A stretch of 64,000 nucleotides of DNA from Tubulanus polymorphus. Taxonomy: Eukaryota; Animalia; Nemertea. The stretch lies in contig NC_134025.1 of NCBI RefSeq assembly GCF_964204645.1, positions 15,562,001 through 15,626,000 on the forward strand. The letters run 5' to 3'. The notes under the pieces were generated by a model. The model saw only the letters and a program-made list of their open reading frames with translations. It was not told where the DNA came from and made no database searches. Shown here one piece after another: positions 13,262 to 26,014 of this stretch. The position numbers and the translations under genes are program-made. The stretch's first letter is position 1, and every line of letters starts with the position of its first letter.

Positions 13262-14396
13262 TCATAATCCCTAGTTCCCATCCCTGGTATAACTCGCGTA
13301 GATGGAAAGCGTTTACCAAAATTAATTGGCATGTAAGAAATTACTTCACTTTTCTCCAGCCATATATTCAATTCTTTGAATTGGTGATGCATGAAATTAA
13401 TCCACAAAACAAAAATCCTACTGACTGTCATTTTATTGATTCAGAAGAAAATTTCGAGTTCTTCCTCATCTTTACAAAGCCTAAGTTAAATCAATGTAAG
13501 AAAAAACTGATCTCTGGGAGGCAAGACTGATCTTACACTTATATTATGAGCAGCAGGACCAAGTATAGTAAACATTAAGTTAAAATGTTTAATTCATCAA
13601 AGCCAGTATAACAATTAATGATATTTGGATCATTTTCATAATCATCTACACTCATACGACACATTTAATTGGTTGACAAATTGCATGTGACACTCGCATC
13701 ATTTGTGTTTGGAGAGTCCTTTATTTCAAGTTCTGCGGAAGTCTCAGGTGCATCAGGTCCAGTCACCACTTCAACCTCTAAGGCTGGGTTTTCTTGAATG
13801 TCTGGAAATTCGATTTTCCTTCTCTTTTTAAGTCGTTCATCTCTCTGACTTGCTAGATGGTAACTTTTTCTTACTTAATACAAACAGTGACGGAACTGCA
13901 TCATCTTTCAGTCATTTTATCTCGCCTCAAATCAAAATAAATGGGCAATTATGTGGTTTTTATTAAAATAATTGCTTGTTGTCATATAAAGATAGTAATC
14001 ATTGGCAGTTATGTAAAATAGTGTGATTTTTAAAGATTTACACTCTATTTCCTCCTTATAATATATAAGTGAACTCTTATGAAATTATTGAACCATTAAT
14101 GATCTAAATATACACAAGATTTGAAATCAGATTATTTAGAGTATTCTTACCTATAAGACCTGAAGGTCGAAAATCTGTCTCTAAAAAGTGCTTATGGCAG
14201 AAGGTCGAAAATCTGTCTCTAAAAAGTGCTTATGGCAGACAATTGATGACTTTCTTGGTGTCCATAATTTCTTGGTCTTGAACTGATCTACCCTCTTAAT
14301 GGCTACGATCCATTTATTCAGCAATACAGGATTGTCATGTGGAAATCTATGGCCACCAGTTCCGTTACAAAGCGGTACAGCACAGTAGTTTGGCAT
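13262..14396 (-). pseudogene. THAP-domain plus HTH transposase (Harbinger/ISL2EU type), spliced, truncated before the catalytic core
   Basis: THAP: MPNYCAVPLC..HRFP...W...VCHKHF, with a GTAAG donor at 14150. Downstream TVSRIFVLWINFM...W....MP..F...FPSTRVI. Confidence 0.85.
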
Positions 14397-14759
14397 CTGA
14401 ACTCTCTTAAGGTCAGAAATAGATCTAATCGCGTATAATTCATGAGTAAATCTAGAAAATGTTCCGCTCTTAAATACCAGGAAGTAAACAGGAAGTGGAT
14501 TCAACCACTCATAAGACAGTGGCGCCATCTGTTGATTAAGTAATGTTACTTCCCCATTGAATTAGATAGAACAAGGCATCTACGTCCCCCGCGACCCCTG
14601 AAGACCCTGATCTTTCTTATCCAAAAATCATTAATATCATCATGTCATTAATAGTGAGTAAAATGTTACCCAGAAAATCAAAATGTCCTTTACTATAGTG
14701 GCGATTTAAAATGAGCAACACAGATAATTTCTTTGTATTATCTATGGACCTAGCACCAG

Positions 14760-14866
14760 GGCCCAGTTTCACAAAAAGGATTAAGGCCTAAATCGATTTG
14801 AGATAAACTGAATTAATGAAGATATTAAATCAATTTGGGAGATAAATCTTTTTGTGAAACTGGGCC
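14760..14866. mobile_element. Small hairpin MITE (Tourist/Harbinger-like)
   Basis: 19-bp perfect IR ggcccagtttcacaaaaag / ctttttgtgaaactgggcc. Confidence 0.8.
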
Positions 14867-14922
14867 AAGGGTAATAGTTAGAAATGTTGTGGAGTGGTTG
14901 AAATCATGTAATGAACAAATAC

Positions 14923-15053
14923 CCTTTTTTAGTGGTTTCCTTGAAAGTGTTGATCATGAATTTCCAGCGACGACCATGGCCTTTTGATGTTGCGACTTTT
15001 GAAAATAGACGTTCCCAATTCAGGATTCTTCTTTCTCGAGCCATTCTTTTCAT
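14923..15053 (-). CDS. Host gene candidate exon: MKRMARERRILNWERLFSKVATSKGHGRRWKFMINTFKETTKK(G)
   Basis: Acceptor ttttcacag, donor GTATTT, 131 bp. Its phase-0 start matches exon 20585-20753. Protein-like sequence with no TE motifs. Confidence 0.8.
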
Positions 15054-15552
15054 CTGTGAAAAATAACCAGTAACTAAGTGATTAATAAAGGCCAATGGTA
15101 TGAGCAGTTGATAACTGGGTGGTAAGCAGTTGAGATGGGCCGTCCTACTAAAGCATATTCTATTCACGATGTTTACAGTGTGCGCAGTTGGCTAACAAGA
15201 GTTTCTATTTAATATCTTGCATATAATGCCCCTTAGGTGCTTTGCTTGGTAAATCATGTATTTATGCTCGCTTTTGTTTTTTGTAACTAATGAATGTGTA
15301 TGGAATGATTCCATAAATTCTGCATTATTGTATTCTGTATACTGTATTTGATATATTTCTATGGTTGTTATTTCATGGTTTCTGGTCATGGTAATTCTAT
15401 AGGCTGAGAATTTGTATAGTTTTGTATAGTTCAGTAGATATATCAGATATTGAGATTTTTGGTCACTTGTTATATGGATTTAGACCTGTGGGGTTGTGCT
15501 GCTGTGTTTGAGTAAAGAGTGAAGATTTAAATTGAACGTTTAGACAGCCAAA

Positions 15553-17460
15553 TGTTACGGTAAATTGATAATATAAAGATATTCGACGATAATTATATGA
15601 ATTTATTTATGGTAATTTTGTATTGGTTTGTAGTTAATCGTGCATCCGTGTTTGTGACGTCGAAAATAAATGACTGTAATGATTTTTGCCACGGAACATG
15701 AATCTTCGTATTGGTTGATCTTCACATTTTATTAACGTAACAATGGCAACAGCAGCAACAGGCCAACAATATGTTAGGCCAAAAGAAACAAGGAACAGGT
15801 CGCTGACCGAACAAGGTGTCGAATACCAGAAGGAGAATAAACTGATAGATAGAAAAAATCTCCTGAAGAAGCTGAACAACCTGTCTGGAACTCTTCTGTC
15901 AGTTATTGAGCACGGTGACTATGATGTTGTCCAGAATTCATACAAAGACTGAATCAATGCGTACGAGAATTTCTTGCAAATTTCTGATGAGTACTGTCTT
16001 TTACTCAGTTCTAAAGAAAAAGAGAATTTGTCGGTTGAAAGTAATGAGATGAATACATACTTCAACCAAGTAAAAATGGCAGCTGAAAATACTTTGTCGG
16101 TACTCGCAAGATCGAAACAGACCTGCTGGATCCAGGAAGTCTGTAAGATCAAAAGCTAGTTCAGTACGCTCTGATTTGAGTAAGGGTAGCTCCGTAATAT
16201 CTGCTCGTTTGAAAGAGAAAAGCAGAGCTTAATGTCTTGCTTAATAGTATGAAAAAAAACAGACTCTTGAGCTTGAGAAATTGCGATTGAAACAACAAGA
16301 AGAGTTTTTAGATTTGAATACGCAGCTGGAAGTAAGTGAAGCGAACGGTAACGTGATTGAAATATTTTTAGATAAGGAATCGAATACGTCAATGATTGAT
16401 GATAAATTGTTCGTTCCTGAACCATTTCCGAAAGTGAAATAGCTGAAAATGATGGGTGTTACAGATCTTTGAATCCACGTGCTACTGCGTTCATGCCGCA
16501 TCAACCATCTTATGCCGGAAGCATTGTTAATGCAGAACCAAGAGGTCTAGATTCGATTGTGAAACATATCAAGAAGCCGTTTGTTGAAATAAAGAAATTC
16601 GACGGAAATCCTCTTGAATATCGGCGTTTCATCCGTCAGTTCAATTCTAGAATCGCTGAAAATACGGACGACGATGAACGGCTAAACTTTCTCGAAGAAT
16701 TGTAATAGGGCTTAGCTATATAGGTTCAACACGAGGATATCAAGCTGTTCTTAGAGAGATTGAAGAACGATACGGTGACTCAGCGATCATTGCAAACGCT
16801 TTGTTAAAGAAAGCTATAAACTGGCCTATGATTAAGTCAGACAACAGTAAAGGCTTGGACGAATTCTCGATTTTCTGTTGAAAGTAGAGAATGCAGTGAA
16901 AGATATAGATGCATTGAAACTTCTTGAGTACCCTGACAATCTAAGGAAGTTGGTGGGTAAATTACCATGGTCGCTTCAAGATAGATGGAGAACTATAGTA
17001 CAGACAGCGCGCTCTGCTGGTAATGCTATAAATCTGAACACCCTGGTGAGTTTTGTACGGAAGGAGTCAAAAAAGGTGAACGACCCCATTTTTGGCAAAG
17101 ATATGATGGCTGCTGCTTTAGATCAGAAGAAAGACAAAAAGTCTCTGCGAATATCGCAAGGTTGCCGAAATACTGTTGCTGCTCAGACAGGGAGCATTTC
17201 TTATACGAATCAACAAAACTCATCTAATCTCGCATTGAAGAAACCATGTGTATACTGTACTGGCAATCATGTGTTGAATAATTGTCAAGACCTGTCTAAT
17301 GTTGCCTGTGAAGAAAAAATATCTTTTCTTAAAAGAAAAGGCCTCTGTTGGGGTTGTCTCTGATCGGGACATCAGAAGAGAAATTGCAGATTGAAGATGA
17401 ACTGCGATATATGTAAACGGTCACATCCGAGTGTACTGCACAAGCGGTATATTTCATCCC
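15553..17460 (+). mobile_element. BEL/Pao LTR retrotransposon fragment: 190-bp LTR (15553-15742) plus decayed gag
   Basis: TGTTACG...CGTAACA termini with AATAAA. Gag motifs IKKFDGNPLEY and LVGKLP....RW, and three zinc knuckles (CVYC..H..C, CWGC..GH...C, CDIC..H...LH). Confidence 0.88.
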
Positions 17461-18289
17461 ATGCAACGATAAAATAAAGGTCCAATGGCCCTGTGGCTCA
17501 CCATTAAATCAATGAGTGCATATATTGTCAAAAATATTATACTGAATATAAATTTATTTGGATTGAAGATGTTTGAGGCTGACAATATATGCGCCTGCGG
17601 ATGTGTGAGAGTGCTGTGTATACTATCATTGCAGAGTCACTGCGCTACATATATAGACTCACTCAGGTGATTACTAACACACACAGCCATATACTGTAAC
17701 CTATATTCGGCTGATTGTTGACTCACGTATATACAAATGTACTAGCGACGCAGTATTAGATTGACCGCAATTTCACAAGTCAGAATACATCCATTCACAA
17801 AATGTCAAAAAAATACAAATATATACAGACTTTTTTTCTAGAAATCAAAACAAATACCCGCTATGATTTTTTTCTAAAATATACAAATAAATACCGACTA
17901 CGAGCCCTGCCATTGGTATTGTCATACTTGCTAGTTCAGATACTGAATTAAATAGCCTACTTGCTACTAAGCATTTGTTTTGGGTTTCACATTAGGCTTT
18001 CCCAATGGGCTTTCCCAATTACATCAGAAACGCCGTAATTCCCGGAATTTCCCGTATATCCCACAAACAGCCAATCACATTCATTGTAGCTCAGGTTACA
18101 AGGTCAACTCAAATAAATAGGTTTTAGCAGGGTTTGTGCATGTTTTTCAAGAATAAGTCCTCTAAAAATAACTCAATCACTATGAAATTTTTGTGTGCTT
18201 GATAACTCATTAAGCCAAACCATGACACCAAAAATCAACACTATTGGTTCAATAGCTGTAAAGTGGCGATAACGGGTTTTTTGCACAGC

Positions 18290-18740
18290 GTTGTTCGTAT
18301 TCTTGATCTTGTCTGGATACTGTGTCGACACGTGTATGCTGACAAATCCGCGCCATGCTATTGCAAACCAGGGAATTTAGAATCCTGTTCAATGGTCAAG
18401 ACAGGCTTTTAAAAGGAAAGGTCTACTAACAGTCAATTAAGCCTACTTGAAACTATGGGTGACAGGACCAGATGGCCTTATTTGACTCCGGAAAATCGAA
18501 ATGTTAGGTCTTAATTAGTCTTTATGAATTTCGAAAAAGCATTTGATAAGGTACAACATCAGCGATTACTAAACAAGCTGTTAGGAAAAGGTATCAATGA
18601 TGGGTTGCTAAAATGGCACAGCAGTTTTCTCCGAACGAAAGCAGATGGCCAAAATGAAGGGAATTGTCTAATCTTGGAAATAAGTAGGTCTAACTAGTGG
18701 AGTCATGCAAGGTAGTATCCAAAGTAATCTTCTCTCCACA
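18290..18740 (+). mobile_element. Decayed CR1/L2-type RT fragment (paralog of 5270-5660)
   Basis: KAFDKVQHQRLLNKL...GLLKW...TSGVMQGSI. Confidence 0.75.
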
Positions 18741-19699
18741 AGTTTTACAGTAACAAGCGTGTAATGTATAATATGGTGCTGGATTGACAAAAACCGATTA
18801 ATTTTACTTGATTTTGCGTTACACTTGTGCTTTCTCATTTCAATTGTCAATATGATATTGTACGTTTGTTATACCGGCATGAGACGTGCAGATTATAATT
18901 GTCAACTCCTTACACTACTAATACTTAACTTGACACTAGTAAGTACAAAAAAATAAGTGTGAGGCTCTTCGAAACATTCACGCAAGGAAAATTAACCGGG
19001 TAACATCTTCAAAATGGTGGGCTTCCTTCTCTTTGTTGCCGGTTCGTTATTAATTAGGTTCATCACTTATATCAGATAAAATGACGTCTAAATCCATTAA
19101 ATCATCGCAATCCTGTTCGGTAGCAGCCATGTACACGATGCGACTGGTTGGCGGTGAGAGGTCGTTGTTAACAAATATTTTTTTCTAATTCATTTTTCAT
19201 TTTGACCAAACAAATAACGCAGAATCATCGATTTACAAATAAATTAACTTAGTCAGGTTACTTCCAAAAAATGAGTCAACGCCTGCAAGCAATCGTTGTT
19301 ATTTTTACAGCAGTGTGTGCTGTATCTTTATAAGACACGCGAGAGAGTATATACAATAAATCAATAGTAATAGGTTACCCCGGTGACAGCCAGCTGATAG
19401 ATGTACTGTGTTGAGTGCAAGCGGAAGCCACGTGTATGCCAGCAGTCTGTGTTAACACAGGAATATTGATTGGATGCCTGGCGCATATATCAACTAGCAA
19501 AACGCGCGGCATGCGCTAAAGGACTCCTATTTTAGTTTCCGATAATAAAATCAACATGTTAAAATTTCTTTTGCGACATATTTCTGAAGAAACAACAACG
19601 CTTGAGTTTTTCGAAAAACGTAATGAAAATAGACTATATCGTATTTTAGAACACCTACTCGTAACACCGTAATTTGTGCTGTCAATCCGTAACGATTAC

Positions 19700-20320
19700 G
19701 GGAAAATCGTAACAGTTGGCAGGTCTGATCATTGTGTATTCTAATAAGTGCTGTTTCGACACTGTGAAAAGCAATCAAGCAATTATTTCTAAAATAATAA
19801 GTTAACTGAGAACCCGTTCCAAGACTTTGGATAGAAATGATAAGTTTGACACAGGTCGGTAATTTTGAAAAACATTGGTGTCCAAAGATTGCTTTTTGAG
19901 TAATGGCCTCAAATAGCAAGTTCAAACTGTGATGGAACTATACCGTATTCAAGAGAAAAATTGACGATTTTAGAGACCAGAGTAATGGAAGACATTTCTG
20001 TAAAAGTGTAGATGAAAGCGGGTCCACCTCACAATTTGTTGGTTTCATATCGGAAATTAACTTGTATGGATCAGTTTCATCAATTTTTCTTAAGCAGCTG
20101 AGATAAGTAGAACAATTGTATGTTTCGGCATCCAAATTTGAGCTACTAGTGATTTGGACAGCCTCTCTGATGGCCTTGACCTTATCAAAAAAAATGTACT
20201 GAAGTTTTCAGCTAATTCCGATGCCTTATCATGATTGGGCCAGTCCGTCTGAACATGCCAGTAAAGAAGGGCTCTCTCTTTATATTGCTATCACGGTGTT
20301 CTTGTTGTCTTTCATTGTAC
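19700..20320 (-). mobile_element. L2-clade LINE fragment
   Basis: LAENFS.FF.DKVKAIR, KPTNCEVDPL, HSVETALIRIHND. Confidence 0.75.
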
Positions 20321-20584
20321 CTAAGGATTTTCTACGCACCTATGCTCAACTATACATCCAGACATACATATGTGTAAAGTTGCAAGAGAGAGCAAGTAGT
20401 TTAGAAGATCTCTGGACAAGATTGTGTCCGCGGACGGATGACAGACAACCTGACTCAGTCCACCCCCTACACTTTGTCGCAGGGTATAATAATAACAATC
20501 AACAGAATTATAAGATGGTTTCTGTGCAATAACAGAAAACCCTAATTAGCCTAACCTCAATGCCATACTTAAAGTATCACTCAC

Positions 20585-20753
20585 ATGAGCATCAATGATT
20601 TCCAGTCGCTTCACAGCAATATTCAGCTGCCTTTGTTTCTTCTCATAATCATCATGCAACTTTTTCAGAGCGGTACTTTTTTCTCCCCAAGGTTTGGAAT
20701 AAACACTAACCATGCGCACCAATTCATTCAGTGGTGTATGGAGGTCACTCACA
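20585..20753 (-). CDS. Host gene candidate exon, coiled-coil-like: VSDLHTPLNELVRMVSVYSKPWGEKSTALKKLHDDYEKKQRQLNIAVKRLEIIDAH
   Basis: Acceptor cattttag, donor GTGAGT, 169 bp (1 base + 56 codons). Lies within ORF 20546-20800. Confidence 0.8.
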
Positions 20754-20796
20754 CTAAAATGTTGAATTTGAACAAAATAGTTATAAACAGGTAGTA

Positions 20797-21800
20797 GCAA
20801 GAGGCCCAGGGGCCTTAGAGCATAGGTAGATTATACTGTAGTACAGTATTAAGTGGTTGGTGTTTTACATTTGCCTGTACGATTTTCATTCACGCTGAAA
20901 AGGAATTTCATTTTTCTGATTTAGCCTACATTATTTGTATTAAATGTGCACACCTTTTTGCATAGATTAATTCCTTTGAACCCTAAACAAACTGGGAAAT
21001 GTGTTATTCACAACCGGCTAAAATCAGCATATTTCTAAACAGAAAAAATATGAGCTCGTTTGATTGATGCTAACAACCGACCTTTGCTTTACTACCCTAC
21101 TAATATCCCATCAATTATACTATTATCTTGTGAATTGATTGGCTATTTTCTGTTTTGTATTCATCGAAATCAAATTCAAATTCATTTATTCATCATAAAT
21201 CAAGATAAATGATTGTGAATGAAAGAGAACAACAAGCAGCCTGTCGGCTGATACAGCTCCGCTGTTTGATGATTAAATTTTACAAGGACCACCTACACAG
21301 TGCACTCAAGTGTTCAAATCCAAAAACGGCTCTCTAACTTTTTAGCCCTTGGCCCATAGTATCTACATACCAAGCTTTGTCAAGATCGGATAATGATTGT
21401 AGGACTAGTAGCAAGTTAGCAAGATTTTACAAATGTGACCTGTGCAGCACCTCCTAGAGGTCAAATTGGGAAAACGGCTCATTATCATTTTATTTTAGCC
21501 CTTGGCCCATAATATTGACACACCAAATTTTGTCAAGATTGGACGATAATTCTAGGACAAGTGGCGATTTGAAAATTTTACAAGCACCATGCATACAGCA
21601 GCCCAGGTAGAATCTTAAAAACTGCATTATAACTTTTTAGCCCTTGGCCCATAGTATTGACATACCAAGATCTGTCAACATCACATTATAATAGTAGGGC
21701 CGGTAGGAAGTTAAAGATTTTACAAGTATGACCTGTACAGCGCCGCCTAAAGGTCAAATTGGGAAAACAGCCCTATAACATTTTGTCCCTTGGCCTGTAC
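20797..21800 (+). mobile_element. Second HINE-like family with internal tandem repeats (ttttagcccttggcccatagtattgacataccaag)
   Basis: Starts caagaggcccaggggcc. Four repeated blocks at about 21340, 21493, 21633 and 21781, followed by a hAT-like cagtgttctcc end at about 21803. Confidence 0.55.
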
Positions 21801-22273
21801 TCAGTGTTCTCCATTAGGCGTTTTTAAGGGGCGGCCCACCCCTTCGATCTTCATGTCAGCCCCTGTAAAATCTCCTGCCCATATGAAAAGATTGCCGCCC
21901 TGTAGCCGACATATTTTGAAAATCCGTCAGTGACGATCTTCGGTTTGATATCACCAGCGATGTCTCCTACATACAAACAAACATTACCGGTATGTCAATA
22001 ATTGTATAAATAGTGAGTCAGACAAACGCTTCATGCCATAAAAACTTATTACATACGTCAATAATTGAAGAAACGGCTCATGCACGGAGCCACGCAGCGC
22101 CCTCAGGTAGGCCTATAAATATCCTGGGATTTCCAGGCATGTTAAAAATAAAAACTAGAAAGAAACTTTTTAATAGGACGACGACCGAGAATAGAAATTA
22201 AAAGTGGAACTCAGGGTGAATAGGTTGGTTGCTACGGCTTACACACTGTAGTGCTTTTCCAATACAAACTATG

Positions 22274-22358
22274 CATACAAACCATACATACAAACCATAC
22301 ATACATACCACGCATACATACCACGCATACATACCACGCATACATACCACGCATACCA
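22274..22358. repeat. Microsatellite (catac / cacgcatacatac)n
   Basis: Directly visible. Confidence 0.9.
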
Positions 22359-22698
22359 TTTTAATAAAATTTTTGTTGTATAAATGAAAGAAGAACCCGA
22401 ATATAAAATTGAAATAAAAGAAACTAATAACTTATTTTCACTATTTAATTACATCTCAGCAACAAATTTAGTGTATGGAAAACAATATAAAATCGGTAAT
22501 ATTTATCTGATTGATCAAATATTATTAAATGAATCAAATTTAATAACTTACAAATAGATACTTTAGATAATGGGGTTAAAAAATGCTAAAATATTTAATA
22601 CAGTTTTAGATTATCAAGGAAATTTAGTTGAAATAATAATGAATAATGGAATTCAATATATTCAGATAATGAATTTTCCAAATTAAATCATAAAGTAA

Positions 22699-22818
22699 AG
22701 TGTAGACGCACTATAGTGGTATTCCCATTGTTCAGCACACTAGGGTGGAATCATTCAAAATTTTCAAATTAATCTCCAGCAACGTAGGGTATCAATAAGT
22801 CAGCACTGAAAGGGTTAA
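22699..22818. mobile_element. Right end of a piggyBac-type MITE (same family as 60390-60672)
   Basis: Ends ...cagcactgaaaggg TTAA and matches 60554-60676. Confidence 0.8.
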
Positions 22819-23699
22819 TTTATATGTTTCAAACGTATAAAGGTTAAACATTTTAATAATAATAAAATATTAAAATGAAATCTTAAATATTCATGTATAT
22901 GTTTTAAATATATAAAAGTTTAACATTAAAAATGATAATGAAATATAAAATTTGAATCTTTTATATAAAATTATATGTTTCAAATGCATAAAAGTTTAAT
23001 ATTCTAATGATAAATAGAATATAAAATTAGAATCTTTAAATTTAAATTATGTTTCAAATTTATTAAGGTTTAATAATCTCAAAATGACTAATAAAATATT
23101 AAATATTAAAAAATTATCAATTATTATATAGAATATTATTATTTAAGATTTAATTTTAATATTTCATTATTTTTAAAATGTTTAACTTTTATATATTTGA
23201 AACATGTAATTTTATGATTTCATTTTAATATTTTATTAATTATTAATTCAATATTTAACTTTTATATAATTGTAACATATAATTTAATATCTAAAATTTA
23301 ATCTTTATATTTTATTAATCATTTTTAGAAAATTAAAGTTTTATAAATTTTAAACATATAATCTAATATTAAAGATTCAAATTTAATATTTCATTATTTA
23401 TTTTTAAAACATTGATTTAAAACATCTAAACATTTAAAACATACAATCGGATATTAAAGATTTAATTTTAATATTTCATTATTTTTAAAATGTTTAACTT
23501 TTATATATTTGAAACACATAATTCTATGATTTCGTTTTAATATTTTATGAATTGCTAATTTAATATGTAACTTCTTTATAATTGAAACATAAAATTTAAT
23601 AGTTAAAATTTAATCTTAATATTTTATTAATCATATAACTGAATATTTAAGATTTAATTTTAATATTCTATTATTATCAAATGTTTTAACTTTTATATG

Positions 23700-24986
23700 T
23701 TTTACTAAGTTAGTTGTTATAAGTAAAAATGAGTTGTTTGTTTAAGAGATGGAGGGGAGTTTTAGATGTTGTTGTTTGTCTTTCTCAGTTTATAGGAAAA
23801 ATACCCATTCTGGATCATGCCTGCATAATTTCTCCTTCACTGCTTATAACATAACTCAGTGTTGCCCAAGGCTTATTCCTTCGTGCGTTAAGGATTTGTG
23901 ACCCCCTTTTTTGGATGAAGAATTAACCCAGATCAAGACTTCCCTTAATAAATTAGCGTACCCCGACGACATTTTGAATAAAGCTCTCTTGAGAGCCTGT
24001 CGTTCACATTTCTGTCATTCTCAAGGGACCCGCACGCGTAAACAGCCTATTATTGTACCTTTTGTTCCTTCTCTAGAAAAATCTAAAACTCCCCTCCATC
24101 TCTTAAACAAACAACTCATTTTTACTTATAATAACAAACTTAGTCATAATCTTACTCATAACTCCCCCAAAATTGAACCCCTGAACATTGGTGTATATAA
24201 AATTCCCTGTAAAGTTTATAACAAAATATATATGGTGAAACCGGGCACGATTTACATAAGCGCATCCGTGAACATAGGAATGATGTTAAGAATTTTAAGC
24301 CTGAAAGTGGTGTTGCTAATCACATATACGAAACCAGCCACAATTTTGATTTTGAAAATGCCTCCATAATTTTCCCCCGTCCGGAAAAGATTAAACGACA
24401 CATTATGGAATAGCACTGATTATCGAAAACTCGGGAAATTGTGTTAATTTGAATAACGGTTTCTCCCCCCACAACATTTTGATCTCCAAATTTCTCGCTT
24501 CTCTTGTACACCCGTTATATTAATTCCCCCATTGTTTTTGCCTTGAACATCGTTTGCTAGTTTGTTTCCACTCTCTCTCTGATTATTGCCTTTCATGTGA
24601 TTGCCTTTTCATCTGATTAAACTTTAGCTTGTCCTCACGTTTTAATCACTTTAGTTTGTGTCCTTTGTTAATAAATTACTTTAATCAGCATTGCCCCTAG
24701 TTTGCCTATGCTTACTTTACCATTGTTTTTCAGCATTATGTCATTACTTTTATCTATTCCCCTTTCAATATTTTAATCACTCACTCTGTTTTCTATTGTT
24801 TTGGTCTTGTATAAATATCTTGTAATATTCTCCTGTTCTCAGTACGCCTGATGATGGCTAATAGTCTTTAGCCGAAACGTTGTGCAAATATATATACTCT
24901 TCTACTCAAGTTTCTCGTTATGGCTGAATTTATTGTGGGATTTCTCTCGTTATCATCTTACACGGATATTGTGTATCTTCTCGTCT
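23700..24986 (+). mobile_element. Penelope-like element copy 1 (RT thumb, GIY-YIG endonuclease, pLTR), 5'-truncated with a short inverted segment
   Basis: FSVYRKNTHS and GVYKIPC...IY.GETG. 23703-23766 is an inverted copy of about 24082-24145. Confidence 0.88.
24842..24885 (+). ncRNA. Minimal type I hammerhead ribozyme motif in Penelope pLTR (GUU at the cleavage triplet)
   Basis: CTGATGA-t-ggctaa(tagtct)ttagcc-GAAA-cgtt. Confidence 0.7.
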
Positions 24987-25967
24987 CATAATTAATTCTA
25001 ATATTTTATTGTCTTTAAAATGTTTAACTTTTATATATTTGAAACATATAATTTTATGATTTCATTTTAATATTTCATTAATTATTAATTCAATATTCAA
25101 CTTTCATATAATTGAAACATATAATTTAACATTTAAAATTTAGTCTTTATATGTTACTAATAGTTTTTAGAATATTAAACTTTTATAAATTTGAAACATA
25201 TAACTTAATATCAAAGATTTAAAATTTAAATCTTTAATCAAAGATTTAAAAATTAAATCCTAAATATTCAATTTCAAATTTAATATTTTATTAATCATTT
25301 TTAAAATATTAAACTTTTATACATTTTAAACATATAATTTTACATTAAAGATTCAAATTCAATATTTCATTATCATTTTTAATGTTAAACTTTTATATAT
25401 TTAAAACATATAATTAAATATTTAACCCTTACAATACTACTACCGCATGGCATATGGTATAAATTGGCAAGCTAGCATACCTGTACCGTGATACGGTATC
25501 GCTTAACCCTTCTTCTAGAAGGGCATATCTATCAGTATCAGCCAGTGCTGCCATCTGCATAAAATATCCAAGATGGCAGCAGCCAGGAAAAACAATTTGG
25601 CTGGATGAAATGGTTCAGCAGCTCGTATATGATGCTGACAGTGAGGCTGGTGACTTGGAATTTGGTAGTGAACAAATTGAGAGTGACAACGACTATGACA
25701 GCAGTAGTTCAGATGATAAGACTTAGTAAAAAAAAATAGGTTAAGTGCCGGCGATGATCTTGATGAAGAAAATGAAATCAGTGACAATTTTTTTAGACCC
25801 TGTTGATCCGGTTGTCATGGCAATGGACACCCAATAACAAAAATGAAGAACCAGAACTGTCCATCCTCAAGGTCACATATATCCAAATTATTTGTCTTGA
25901 CGAGAGAAATCCCACAATAACAAAGCCAAGATTAAAAAATTCTATATCGCAATGATTGTATTTGAGG

Positions 25968-26007
25968 AGCGACGTTTCGGCTAACAACTGTTAGCCATCA
26001 TCAGGCC
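25968..26007 (-). ncRNA. Minimal type I hammerhead ribozyme motif with a canonical GUC triplet
   Basis: Reverse strand reads ggc-CTGATGA-t-ggctaa(cagttg)ttagcc-GAAA-c-GTC-gct. Confidence 0.75.
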
Positions 26008-26014
26008 GGCATGG

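Larger units (their letters stand above)
6900..14555. mobile_element. ISL2EU/Harbinger-like DNA transposon relic: spliced YqaJ exonuclease gene (+) convergent with a THAP-DDE transposase (-), interrupted by two HINE copies; left end not located
   Basis: YqaJ and THAP/DDE_Tnp_4-type motifs (see the entries below). Right end ...ttacttcccc|AT at 14555 fits the GG start and AT TSD of ISL2EU. Confidence 0.7.
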
